Source: Candidatus Fraserbacteria bacterium (GTDB taxonomy: Bacteria > Bipolaricaulota > Bipolaricaulia > RBG-16-55-9 > JANLFV01). Taken from it: DNA of 53,941 bases. The position numbers and the translations under genes were made by a program. The stretch is from NCBI GenBank assembly GCA_037446135.1, contig JBBIJD010000002.1, positions 1-53,941 on the forward strand, written 5' to 3'. Of the stretch, positions 35,601-43,394 are shown one piece after another (positions within the stretch are counted from its first letter, which is position 1; each line of letters starts with the position of its first letter). The notes beneath the pieces are model-generated. The model ran no database searches and had not been told where the DNA came from. It worked only from the letters and a program-made list of their open reading frames with translations.

Positions 35601-36039
35601 ACTGGAGGACCTGAAGGGGAAGGCCGAGCTGACAGTCTTCTCCGAGCTCTATGAGCGGCGGGCCTCACTCCTTCAAGAGGATAACCTGATTTATGTCATC
35701 GGCCGGGCCGAGGAGCGGGCCGGCCAGACCCAGGTGGTGGCTGAGGAGGTCTATCCCCTGGAGGAGGCCGGCTCGCTCGTCGAGCTCCACCTCCTCCTCC
35801 CGCTGGACGAGGTCGATGAGCCCCTTTTAGAGCGGCTGAGAGAGGCCCTCCGCCGCTCCAGGGGCCCGACAGGTGTCCTCCTCCAGTTGGCGATGGGCGA
35901 CTCCCAGGAGCTGGTCAAGGCCGGGGAGGAGTTCTCCGTCCGGCTCTCCAGGGGACTACTCCGGGAGCTAGAGGGGATCTTGGGCCGGGAGCGGCTCAAG
36001 CTGGTCAGCCGGCGACGACCGAAGAACCGACGACGATGA
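32626..36039 (+). CDS. dnaE: DNA polymerase III alpha subunit
   Basis: ORF 32626..36039, 1137 aa. PHP domain (FVHLHAHSEYSMLD), polymerase core (PDIDIDF, GLLKIDLLGL, FNKAHS) and a C-terminal OB region. Confidence 0.95.
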   Translation: MTDFVHLHAHSEYSMLDATCRIEELLLKAKEYGMPALALTDHGVLCGAIEFYQKARIYGIKPLIGVEFYFAPRGRQDRTPGREKYYHLLALAEDERGYRNLLKLASLGYSEGFYYKPRIDLELLKEYRDGLIVTTACKSGLLAKPLLSGRPKEAEEWARRLRELFGPENFFVELQRHGLAEEQEVNEELIRLAERLELPLLATNDIHYIASADSKAHEILLNIQASKAEERRSYEGDQYYFKSGEEMAALFSDLPEALENTLRIAERCNVNLELEAAHLPRFDLPPGYADPMAYLRELVFRGAHERYGEALPQAVQERLEYELGVIAKMGFVPYFLIVQDFVRYARERGIPVGPGRGSAAGSLVSYCLRITDLDPLEHGLLFERFLNPERISLPDIDIDFCPRRRDEVINYVAERYGRERVAQIVTFDTMAARSAVRDVARALGISYSDADRIAKLIPFGASLEEALGSVPELKRLYESDPQVRSLIEVSEKLEGLVRNPSTHAAGVVIAPGELTDYVPLLRLSDGSLVTQYDMVALEAIGMLKIDLLGLRNLTVIADALAAIKKNCGEELRLEALPLNDPKVYQLLQEGRTTGIFQLEGSGIKDLVRSLAPTEFKDIAALLALYRPGPLESGMAAEFIARKAGRQRVSYPHPDLEPILEETYGLPIYQEQLLLMARVLAGFSLGEADLLRKAIGKKERKTMEATREKFIQGCVRNGIPIEKALDLFSDIEKFARYGFNKAHSTAYALITYWTAYLKANYPTEYMAALLTSVADNTEKIAEYVQECRELGIAVLPPEINESDLYFTAHDGRIRFGLGAIKNVGETAVQAILEARGARPFKSFVDFCRRVDPQRVNREALEALIKAGAFDRFATRKGLLKQVEVGLELAHLASAERRSGQRSFFAEEELTPTLAIATEEFPPEELLRFEKDLLGLYLSSHPLLEWEEELACLRSHSLNELEGVRAGEPVYLGGRIDGVRVITTSKGRRMAFVRLEDLKGKAELTVFSELYERRASLLQEDNLIYVIGRAEERAGQTQVVAEEVYPLEEAGSLVELHLLLPLDEVDEPLLERLREALRRSRGPTGVLLQLAMGDSQELVKAGEEFSVRLSRGLLRELEGILGRERLKLVSRRRPKNRRR

Positions 36040-36040
36040 G

Positions 36041-37324
36041 ATGAAGTGGAAGAGGTTCCTCCGCTGGCTCTACCCTGGGATGGGGGTGAAGCGCTGGGCG
36101 GCCCTGGCGACCCTGGCGATGCTCGCCCTCATCTTCGGGTTAGTCCTCCTCTTCGGTAAGGGCATGATCCGCTGGCTCTATGCCCTCCTGGTCCCTGCAC
36201 CTGGGTATGCATTGCTGATCGGGAGCCTGCTCTTGGCCGGTGGGCTGGCCGGGGCCATCATCGGGGTCCACCGCTTCTTGAGCTCAGTCATCAAGGGATT
36301 GGCACCTCAGGCCCTCGGCCAGGCCGGGGAAGTCATCTATAGCCAGCGGGTCCTCTCCCGCGGCCCGGAGGTGGTGGCCCTGGGAGGTGGGACCGGGCTC
36401 TCGGTCTTGCTCCGCGGCTTGAAAGAGTATACTAGTAACATCACTGCCGTCGTGACCGTGATGGACACCGGCGGCTCCTCCGGCCGGCTCCGTCGGGAGA
36501 TGGAGATCCTCCCACCTGGAGACATCAGGAACTGCATCATCGCCCTCGCCGATGACGAGTCGAGGATCGCCGCGCTCTTCCAGCACCGCTTCCGCGAGGG
36601 GAGCTTCAATGGCCACTCCCTGGGGAACCTGGTGATCGCCGGGCTTCAGGAGCGACTCGGGCGGTTCGACCTGGCGATCGCTGAGATGAGCCATATCCTG
36701 AACATCCGCGGGCGAGTCCTCCCGGCGACCCTCGAGCAGGTGGACCTCCTGGCGGAGATGGAGGACGGGGGCTTCGTTCGCGGCGAGACGGAGATCGTCA
36801 AAGATCCCCGGAGGATCAAGCGGATGCTCCTCTCGAAGCAACCGGTCCAGCCATACGAGCAGGTCCTGGAAGGGATCAGGCGGGCGGAGTTGATCCTCCT
36901 CGGCCCGGGGAGCCTCTTCACTTCGATCATCCCCAACCTCCTGGTGGAGGATGTGGTCCGTGAGATCGAGCGAGCCCGGGCGAAGAAGTTCTACATCGTC
37001 AACCTCATGACCCAGCCTGGGGAGACTGATGGCTTCACCGCGAGAGACCACTTGAGGGTCCTGGGGGAATACATCGATATCTCCAAGTTCGACTACATCA
37101 TCGTCAACTCCCAGCCGATCCCGGAGCCATTGCTCCGCCAGTATGCGGCCGAAGGGGCCGTCCCGGTAGCCAATGACCTCAGCGGCTTGGAGGGGCCGAG
37201 GGTCATAACCGCCGACTTGTTAGAGATCGTCGAGCTGGAGGGGAAGCCGACGGTCAAGCATAATTCCAAGAGGCTGGCGAAATTGATCATGGAGACGGCC
37301 CGCCCACAGCGGGCGCGGCTTTGA
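36041..37324 (+). CDS. yvcK: YvcK/CofD-family (UPF0052, gluconeogenesis factor-like) protein with an N-terminal membrane anchor
   Basis: ORF 36041..37324. About 100 aa of hydrophobic N-terminal extension, then VVALGGGTGLSVLLRGLK, VTVMDTGGSSG and LGPGSLFTSIIPNLLV. Confidence 0.85.
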   Translation: MKWKRFLRWLYPGMGVKRWAALATLAMLALIFGLVLLFGKGMIRWLYALLVPAPGYALLIGSLLLAGGLAGAIIGVHRFLSSVIKGLAPQALGQAGEVIYSQRVLSRGPEVVALGGGTGLSVLLRGLKEYTSNITAVVTVMDTGGSSGRLRREMEILPPGDIRNCIIALADDESRIAALFQHRFREGSFNGHSLGNLVIAGLQERLGRFDLAIAEMSHILNIRGRVLPATLEQVDLLAEMEDGGFVRGETEIVKDPRRIKRMLLSKQPVQPYEQVLEGIRRAELILLGPGSLFTSIIPNLLVEDVVREIERARAKKFYIVNLMTQPGETDGFTARDHLRVLGEYIDISKFDYIIVNSQPIPEPLLRQYAAEGAVPVANDLSGLEGPRVITADLLEIVELEGKPTVKHNSKRLAKLIMETARPQRARL

Positions 37325-37327
37325 TCC

Positions 37328-38629
37328 TCAGGGGAGGATGAGGTTCCCCTCCCCATCGAACTCGAGGGGCCAGGGGCAATTCTCTACCTCGAGCTCGCCC
37401 TGGGTCTCCGCTTCAACTTCAGCGATGAGGGCCTCCGAGATGTAGAACTCTCCCAACTCCAGGGTATTCTTGATCCAGAGGACCCGGGCCTTTTGGGGCT
37501 CGAGTGGGCCGATCGTCGCGAGAGCCAGCTTGATCGCAGTCCGGTCGCTCGCAAAGTATGGCGGGATCCGAGCCTTCTCCGGACCGGTCCCCGTGAGGGC
37601 GTTAATGTAGGTCTTCTCGAGGTCCATAGCCTCGACGACCCTCTGGTGGACGAAGTCTGCCAGCCCAATCCCCAGGGCATTCCCCCCGGAGCTGGGCGAG
37701 AGGCTCCGGAGGTAGATCCTCTTGATCCTAGGAGAGGAGGGCTCCGGCTCGCCGAGGATGTATCGTCGCCCGATCACAGAGGTGTCCATCCCCGTCCCAC
37801 TGATCTCCTTCCCCGCCTCATCGACGATCAGGAGATCGAGCTCGGCGAAGGGGAGCCGGGGCATCAGCTCTCTAGCCCTCGCCAGTAGCTCCGGCTCCCT
37901 TTCCAGAAGTTCGTCCGCCCGGAGGGCCTCAACATGGGCCGTCTCATGGTGGAAGCCCTCGATGATCGCCAGCCCGCCCAGGACTGACAGCTCCCGCAAC
38001 ATGACCTGGGCAACCTCGAGGATCGCCCGCTCCAGGCCGAGCCAAAAGGCGAAGCGGTGGACGGCCTTAGCGCCTTGCTGTTTCCCCAGCCCGACGGCCA
38101 GCATCTTTACTAATCCTGAGCCGATCCGCCCGGAGAAGGCCGTGTGCGGCTTGATCCGGTTGATCAAGAAGATGCCGTCAGCTTCGGCGGCATAGCGGTC
38201 AGCGAGGACGGGGATCCCGCTTGCGGTCCGGCCGAGCTCGACTACTTCCATCGTCGCCCGGACGGGGCAACCGAGCGTCTCTTCAGAGATCCCCAACTTT
38301 GCCAAGGTCTCCGCTTGCCCCTCAGCCGTCGAGCCGCCATGAGAGCCCATCGCCGGAAAGACGAAGGGCTGGGCCCCGATCGCCTGGAAATACTGCACGG
38401 CCACCTTAACGATTCGATCGATATTGCTGATCCCGCGGCTCCCGCAGGCCAGGGCCACAAGAGCACCGGGCTCGAGCCTGCTCCTCAGGTCCAGCCTCTC
38501 GAGCTCCCTTCTGACCTGTCCTTCGAGGTCGGGGAGTTCGAGCGAGGGCCGCTGCCAGCGGACGCGGGCCATCCTCGGGAGGTCCTCGTCCGCGATCCCG
38601 CTCAGCCGGTCGAAGATCTCCTCAGCCAT
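37328..38629 (-). CDS. Conserved protein, tentatively LarA-like / DUF2088-type (nickel-pincer isomerase superfamily)
   Basis: ORF 37328..38629. The assignment is pattern-based only (ACGSRGISNI, FPAMGSHGGSTAEGQ, INRIKPHT), recalled from lactate-racemase-domain proteins. It needs a profile search. Confidence 0.4.
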   Translation of the reverse strand: MAEEIFDRLSGIADEDLPRMARVRWQRPSLELPDLEGQVRRELERLDLRSRLEPGALVALACGSRGISNIDRIVKVAVQYFQAIGAQPFVFPAMGSHGGSTAEGQAETLAKLGISEETLGCPVRATMEVVELGRTASGIPVLADRYAAEADGIFLINRIKPHTAFSGRIGSGLVKMLAVGLGKQQGAKAVHRFAFWLGLERAILEVAQVMLRELSVLGGLAIIEGFHHETAHVEALRADELLEREPELLARARELMPRLPFAELDLLIVDEAGKEISGTGMDTSVIGRRYILGEPEPSSPRIKRIYLRSLSPSSGGNALGIGLADFVHQRVVEAMDLEKTYINALTGTGPEKARIPPYFASDRTAIKLALATIGPLEPQKARVLWIKNTLELGEFYISEALIAEVEAETQGELEVENCPWPLEFDGEGNLILP

Positions 38630-38701
38630 TCAAGGAATGATACCCTGCCCGAGGGAGACGCGGCTAATCGGTCTCGCCCAGCTTGACCGGCACTGGAGCC
38701 T

Positions 38702-39223
38702 ATGTTAAGCTCCGCAGAGGGAGGGGAGATGGAAGAGAAAGGACCAGCGCCGATGAAGCCCCTTACAAGAGGCCTCCTCGGGGGCTATTGCCTGCTCCTC
38801 ATCATTCTATTGCTCTACCTCATCATCGCCATCTTCCCCGCCGCTGGCGAGGGCGCGGTCGCCCCCCTCTCGTTAGGACCGGAGACGAGGCTGATCCTGC
38901 TCATCGCCCTCGTCGGAGCCCTCGGAGCCTGCATCCACATGGCGACCTCGTTCGCCTTCTTCGCCGGGAAGTCCGAGCTCTCCGCCAGCTGGCTCTGGTG
39001 GTATCTCCTCCGGCCATTCATCGGGGCGGCACTGGCGACGATCCTCTACCTCGTCATCCGGGGGCTCCTCTTCTCGACCGCCGCCGAGGCCGCGACGGTC
39101 AACCTCTTCGGGGTCCTGGCCTTCGCCGGCCTTGCGGGGATGTTCTCCAAGCAGGCGATCGAGTGGCTCCGCCAGGTCTTCGACCAAGTGTTCCGCCGAT
39201 TGAGCGATGTGGAGAAGGGCTGA
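38702..39223 (+). CDS. Four-TM membrane protein (function unknown)
   Basis: ORF 38702..39223. Four hydrophobic segments (LLGGYCLLLIILLLYLIIAIF; LILLIALVGALGACIHMATSFAFF; WLWWYLLRPFIGAALATILYLVI; LFGVLAFAGLAGMF). The overlapping Arg-rich ORF 38683..39294 is judged spurious. Confidence 0.5.
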   Translation: MLSSAEGGEMEEKGPAPMKPLTRGLLGGYCLLLIILLLYLIIAIFPAAGEGAVAPLSLGPETRLILLIALVGALGACIHMATSFAFFAGKSELSASWLWWYLLRPFIGAALATILYLVIRGLLFSTAAEAATVNLFGVLAFAGLAGMFSKQAIEWLRQVFDQVFRRLSDVEKG

Positions 39224-39296
39224 TGGGGCTCCAAGCCTCGGGCTTAGCTTGGCTTGATTCAGTTCAGCTCAGTCCAGAGAATGAGTGGAAATGAAT

Positions 39297-39329
39297 GGGC
39301 CGGAGCAGATTATTAATCCGCTCCGGCCC
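39297..39329. terminator. Hairpin between convergent genes (bidirectional terminator candidate)
   Basis: GGGCCGGAGC (39297-39306), 13-nt AT-rich loop, GCTCCGGCCC (39320-39329). Confidence 0.55.
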
Positions 39330-39351
39330 CTGGGAGCGCGTCTGAGTGCGG

Positions 39352-40827
39352 CTAGATGATGGGCATAGATAGAGCACTTTCCTCTCCCTCGCTCATTGCC
39401 CCGCTCGCCTGAACCTGTTGGGTCCCACTACTTGTCTCCAGGCTCACCATCAAAGTGAAGCTCTGAGGCGGATTGAGCCCCTCGATGGCGATGTAGTAGG
39501 TCCCGGGCTGCAAGAGGCCCCCCGAGAGGACGATGGCCTCCTCGCTCCCCGGAGAGATGGCTGAGATATCCGCCTCGACTCGCCCATCCGGCAGGATCGC
39601 CACGGGCTTTCCGAAACGGATGTGCAAGTTGAGGTCCCCCTCCCCGCTCACCCGGACGGCGAGCCGCTTGGCCCCCTTAGGAACTTCGATGCGGTATTGC
39701 TGGAGGCCCAACTGGCCCCGGTCGGTCGCAAGGTAACGGGCCAGCGGCGGGGGAAGGTTTGCGGGGAGCCCTATCGAGCCTGTGATGGTAGCCTGGCCGG
39801 CCCGCACCTCCGGGATGAGGAAGGCGGTAATAGTAAAAGTCTGAGCGAGGCTCTCGCGATTCTCCACGATAAACCAGTAGGTAGTCCGGGGCTCGGGATT
39901 AGAGATGACGAGGACTTCTTCTCCTCCGGGAGAGATAGAAGCGAAGTCGCTACTTATCCGGCGCACATCGGGTGGAACCTCCACTGGCTTGCCCGCCCGG
40001 CCGTATAAATCAAGATTACCGCCAGCCTGAGCCCGAACGATCACGGCCAGGAGATCGGCCCCCTCCTTGGGGACCTGGACCGTATACTCTCGTGGGACTT
40101 CCACGGGCTCGGTCTGGACCAGGATGGTCCCTCTGGTGAAGCTGTTGGCCGGCACGGTGTCCGCTCGGGGGACACCGAGCTCCCAAGAAGGCGGCTCAGG
40201 GCGAGGATCGAGCGGGACCTCCTCCGTCGGGCGGGGAGGGCAGGGAAAGGCGATCGTGGGGAAGCTGATCTCATCGAGCCAAGCGGCATCCTTCCCCTCT
40301 GAGGTATCCTCATCCTTGATATACTCCCAGCGGAAGGTGTGCCTCCCCGCCTCGAGAGGGAAGCTCGCCTCGACCCAGCCGGAATCGCGCTCGCTCCAGG
40401 CCTCTAACTGCTCGTCGTCGATGAAGAAGATCACCCCGTCATACCCTGGTTCCGAATCTACGCGGACCCAGAAGGAGATCTCGCCCTCCTCGAGGATCTC
40501 GAGGGTGACCTCTAAGATGCTCTGCCGATCGTTATTGAGGCGCGTCAAGCCCGACTTAAGACAATAACTCCCGGAGTAGCAGTCCTCGGAGACCACCTCC
40601 CAGCCGGCCACGCTCGGGTCCGGTCGATGGGGGTGCGGCCCCTGGGCCCCGAAGGTGACCCAGAGCAGACGGCTAGCGGGGTTACCGATGAGAGGCGGTC
40701 CATATTCGAAACTCTCTACAAACGGCTCGGGGCAAACGGGCTCCCCCGCCCTGCCGCTGCCCGCCATCGCGCTCAGCAACAGAACTACAACACCCACTCC
40801 TACCCAGAACTTTGCAGATCGCTCCAT
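39352..40827 (-). CDS. Secreted protein: N-terminal jelly-roll/MAM-like domain plus two PPC-type (pre-peptidase C-terminal-like) beta-sandwich repeats
   Basis: ORF 39352..40827, SD AAGGAGGGAG and a signal peptide. GSYCLKSG...ISFWVRVDSEPGYDGVIFFIDDE...GRHTFRWEYIKDEDTSEGKDAAWLDEISFP. Repeats contain GGNLDLYGRAGKP and GEGDLNLHIRFGKP. Confidence 0.6.
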   Translation of the reverse strand: MERSAKFWVGVGVVVLLLSAMAGSGRAGEPVCPEPFVESFEYGPPLIGNPASRLLWVTFGAQGPHPHRPDPSVAGWEVVSEDCYSGSYCLKSGLTRLNNDRQSILEVTLEILEEGEISFWVRVDSEPGYDGVIFFIDDEQLEAWSERDSGWVEASFPLEAGRHTFRWEYIKDEDTSEGKDAAWLDEISFPTIAFPCPPRPTEEVPLDPRPEPPSWELGVPRADTVPANSFTRGTILVQTEPVEVPREYTVQVPKEGADLLAVIVRAQAGGNLDLYGRAGKPVEVPPDVRRISSDFASISPGGEEVLVISNPEPRTTYWFIVENRESLAQTFTITAFLIPEVRAGQATITGSIGLPANLPPPLARYLATDRGQLGLQQYRIEVPKGAKRLAVRVSGEGDLNLHIRFGKPVAILPDGRVEADISAISPGSEEAIVLSGGLLQPGTYYIAIEGLNPPQSFTLMVSLETSSGTQQVQASGAMSEGEESALSMPII

Positions 40828-40973
40828 GCCCTCCCTCCTTAGGCTGAACTGAAGACCAGACTGGGCTATTAAGGCCGCTGAGCTCGGCTTCGGTCGACTA
40901 AGCTATATCATATATCACCCCCTTTCGCTCCCCGGCCCTCCCCATCCTAGTGCGAGCAACGAGCCTCTAATGA

Positions 40974-42284
40974 TCATGCCCCGTGGCGGAGCCGCTCCCA
41001 CTCCTTGAGCCGCTTCGCCACCTCGGCCTCGTAGCCGGAACCTCGAGGCTGATAGTATCTCCGCCCCCTGAGGTTCTCCGGCAAGCACTCCATCCGCGCT
41101 ACCCCGCCCTCGACGTTGTGGGCGTATTGATACCCCTCCCCGTAGCCGATCCCCTTCATCAGTTTGGTGACCGGATTCCGCAGATGCAATGGGACCGGCT
41201 CGTTCCGGGTCTTCTCCACATCCTCTATCGCCGCATCATAAGCCTTGTAGATCGAGTTGCTCTTCGGCGCGGTCGCGAGATAGACTGCCGCCTCGGCCAG
41301 GGCCAGCTCGCCCTCCGGCGAGCCCAAGAAGTCGTAGGCATCTTTCGCGGCCAAGGCCACCTGCAGGGCCATGGGATCGGCCAGGCCGATGTCCTCCGCG
41401 GCCATCCGGACCATCCTCCGGGCGATGTATAGCGGATCCTCACCGGAGGAGAGCATCCGCGCCAGCCAGTAGAGGGCCGCATCGGGGTCGGAGTTCCGGA
41501 TGCTCTTGTGAAGCGCGGAGATCAAGTTATAGTGCTCCTCGCCGCTCTTGTCGTAGATCGGGACCCGCCGCTGGGCCGCCTCCTGGACTGTCGGGAGGTC
41601 AAGGGCCTTCCCTTCGGCGATGTCCGCGGCCAGCTCGAGGATGTTCAGTGCGCGGCGGGCATCCCCATCGGAGTATTGGGCGATGAACTCCTCGGCCTCA
41701 GGGGCTAGCTCGAGCCCTCGGCCCCCGAGCCCCCGCTCGCTGTCTGCCAGAGCCCGCTCGAGGATCAGTTTGATCTCCCCGGGGCTCAAGGGCTTCAATG
41801 TGAAGACTTGGGAGCGGGAGAGGAGCGGAGAGATGATCTCGAATGAGGGGTTCTCCGTGGTCGCGCCGATGAGGATCGCGCTCCCCTCCTCAAGATAGGG
41901 GAGGAATGCGGCCTGCTGGGCCTTATTGAACCGATGGAGCTCGTCGATGAAGATCAGGTCCTTTGTCCCGTAGGCCTGGAACTTCCGCTTCGACCGCTCG
42001 AGCGCCTCCTGGACCTCCCTGATCGAGGAACGGGTGGCGCTGAAGTAGACGAACTCCGCACCGAAGGAGCGGGCGATGATCATCCCCAAGGTGGTTTTGC
42101 CCGTCCCCGGCGGGCCCCAGAGGACTAGGGAACGGACCTCATTCCGCTCGATGAGGGTCTGGAGGACCTTCCCCGGCCCGACCAGATGCTCTTGGCCCAC
42201 GAACTCTTCTAGGGTCTGGGGCCGCATCCGCTCGGCCAGCGGCGGTCGGGGCTGAGAGCCCGCTTTACTGAAGAGATCGCCCAT
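40974..42284 (-). CDS. rarA: Replication-associated recombination protein A (AAA+ ATPase)
   Basis: ORF 40974..42284. RPQTLEEFVGQEHL, Walker A GPPGTGKTT, IFIDELHRFNK, and the MgsA C-terminal domain (YDKSGEEHYNLISALHKS). Confidence 0.9.
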   Translation of the reverse strand: MGDLFSKAGSQPRPPLAERMRPQTLEEFVGQEHLVGPGKVLQTLIERNEVRSLVLWGPPGTGKTTLGMIIARSFGAEFVYFSATRSSIREVQEALERSKRKFQAYGTKDLIFIDELHRFNKAQQAAFLPYLEEGSAILIGATTENPSFEIISPLLSRSQVFTLKPLSPGEIKLILERALADSERGLGGRGLELAPEAEEFIAQYSDGDARRALNILELAADIAEGKALDLPTVQEAAQRRVPIYDKSGEEHYNLISALHKSIRNSDPDAALYWLARMLSSGEDPLYIARRMVRMAAEDIGLADPMALQVALAAKDAYDFLGSPEGELALAEAAVYLATAPKSNSIYKAYDAAIEDVEKTRNEPVPLHLRNPVTKLMKGIGYGEGYQYAHNVEGGVARMECLPENLRGRRYYQPRGSGYEAEVAKRLKEWERLRHGA

Positions 42285-42355
42285 GTTAAGACCATTCTAA
42301 TGGGGGATGGCCGCAATTGCAAGCTACCAGAGGGGTTTCTCCGCAAGGGCTTGAC

Positions 42356-42384
42356 TTGACAGCCTAGCGATCGTGCGTTAACAT
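42356..42384 (+). promoter_or_regulatory. Candidate promoter for tRNA-Lys(CTT)
   Basis: TTGACA (42356-42361), 17 nt, TAACAT (42379-42384). The mature tRNA 5' end at 42392 follows a 7-nt gap. Confidence 0.55.
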
Positions 42385-42391
42385 CCTGACG

Positions 42392-42467
42392 GGGCTGCTA
42401 GCTCAACTGGCAGAGCATCCGGCTCTTAACCGGGGGGTTCGAGGTTCGAGTCCTCGGCAGCCCACCA
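42392..42467 (+). tRNA. tRNA-Lys (anticodon CTT), CCA encoded
   Basis: Manual cloverleaf: GGGCTGC TA GCTC AACTGGCA GAGC A TCCGG CTCTTAA CCGGG GGGTT CGAGG TTCGAGT CCTCG GCAGCCC A CCA. Confidence 0.9.
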
Positions 42468-42473
42468 AATTTT

Positions 42474-43253
42474 ATGTTCCAAGAAGCTGGGCTCTTGCGG
42501 GAAGCTGCGCGGCTCTTCAGGTCCGAGCCGAGGCTCATCAATCTTGAGGGCGAGCGGGCCGTCTTCGTCGGGGACACCCACGGAGACCTCGAGGCGAGCA
42601 AAAAGGTGATCTCCAGATACCTTAAGCCGGGGACGAAGCTGGTCTTCCTCGGGGACTATGTCGACCGCGGGCCGGCCTCACAGGAGAACATCAACTACCT
42701 CTTGGAGCAGAAGCTCGCCCATCCCCGAGAGCTCTTTCTTCTGATGGGGAACCACGAAGGCTGGAGCGTGGCCCAGTTCTCCCCGGCCGACTTCTGGCTC
42801 GGCCTAAGTCCAGAGGAGGAGCAAGCCTATGCCATGACCCTGGCTGAGCTACCGCTGGTGGTCACAACCCCGAACGGGGTCATCGCCCTCCACGGGGCCC
42901 TGCCTGATCTTGCGAGCTTGGAGGAGGTCAATTCGATCAGGCTCGGGAGCGAGCCATGGCGACAGATCACCTGGGGGGACTGGGCCGACCTCCCGGGAGA
43001 TTCTTTGGGCTGGCTCTGGAGCAGGCCGCAGTTCGGGCGGAACTACTTTGAGCGGCTGATGGCCCGCTTCGGGAAGAGCCTCCTCATCCGCTCCCACCAG
43101 CCTGATGCACCGAAGGAATTGTTCGAGGGGCAGTGCCTCACCATCTTCACCTCCTCGGCTTATGGCGGGCTTCGGGCAGAGCGGACCGTGGCGATCGTTC
43201 CGCTCGAAAGGGCGGTCCACTCAGCGGGGGACATCGAGCTCGAGGCGATCTGA
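42474..43253 (+). CDS. PPP-family metallophosphoesterase (Ser/Thr phosphatase / ApaH-PrpE-like)
   Basis: ORF 42474..43253. GDTHGD, GDYVDRG and GNHE motifs. The ATG begins 7 nt after the tRNA CCA end, with no SD. Confidence 0.8.
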   Translation: MFQEAGLLREAARLFRSEPRLINLEGERAVFVGDTHGDLEASKKVISRYLKPGTKLVFLGDYVDRGPASQENINYLLEQKLAHPRELFLLMGNHEGWSVAQFSPADFWLGLSPEEEQAYAMTLAELPLVVTTPNGVIALHGALPDLASLEEVNSIRLGSEPWRQITWGDWADLPGDSLGWLWSRPQFGRNYFERLMARFGKSLLIRSHQPDAPKELFEGQCLTIFTSSAYGGLRAERTVAIVPLERAVHSAGDIELEAI

Positions 43254-43261
43254 AGAGGGCC

Positions 43262-43290
43262 TTGCCCCAGGCTGGAGAGGGGGATATAAT
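43262..43290 (+). promoter_or_regulatory. Candidate promoter for tRNA-Lys(TTT)/tRNA-Glu
   Basis: TTGCCC (43262-43267), 17 nt, TATAAT (43285-43290). The tRNA 5' end at 43299 follows an 8-nt gap. Confidence 0.55.
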
Positions 43291-43298
43291 CTCCTCGC

Positions 43299-43370
43299 GG
43301 GCCGTTAGCTCAGGGGTAGAGCACCTGCCTTTTAAGCAGGGAGCCGCAGGTTCGAGTCCTGCACGGCCCA
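43299..43370 (+). tRNA. tRNA-Lys (anticodon TTT), CCA not encoded
   Basis: GGGCCGT TA GCTC AGGGGTA GAGC A CCTGC CTTTTAA GCAGG GAGCC GCAGG TTCGAGT CCTGC ACGGCCC A. Confidence 0.9.
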
Positions 43371-43394
43371 GATGAAGAGAGTTTGTAGCTCGTC

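Noticed and set aside
38683-39294. A 203-aa ORF overlapping the 4-TM protein gene in another frame.
   Set aside because: Its translation is Arg/Pro/Gly-rich (…RRGRGDGRERTSADEAPYKRPPRG…) with no structure-like pattern. The 38702..39223 frame gives four clean hydrophobic helices.
43133-43375. An 80-aa ORF running across the phosphatase 3' end and tRNA-Lys(TTT).
   Set aside because: Its C-terminal half is simply the translation of the tRNA gene (…SSGVEHLPFKQGAAGSSPARPR), so it is an artefact.
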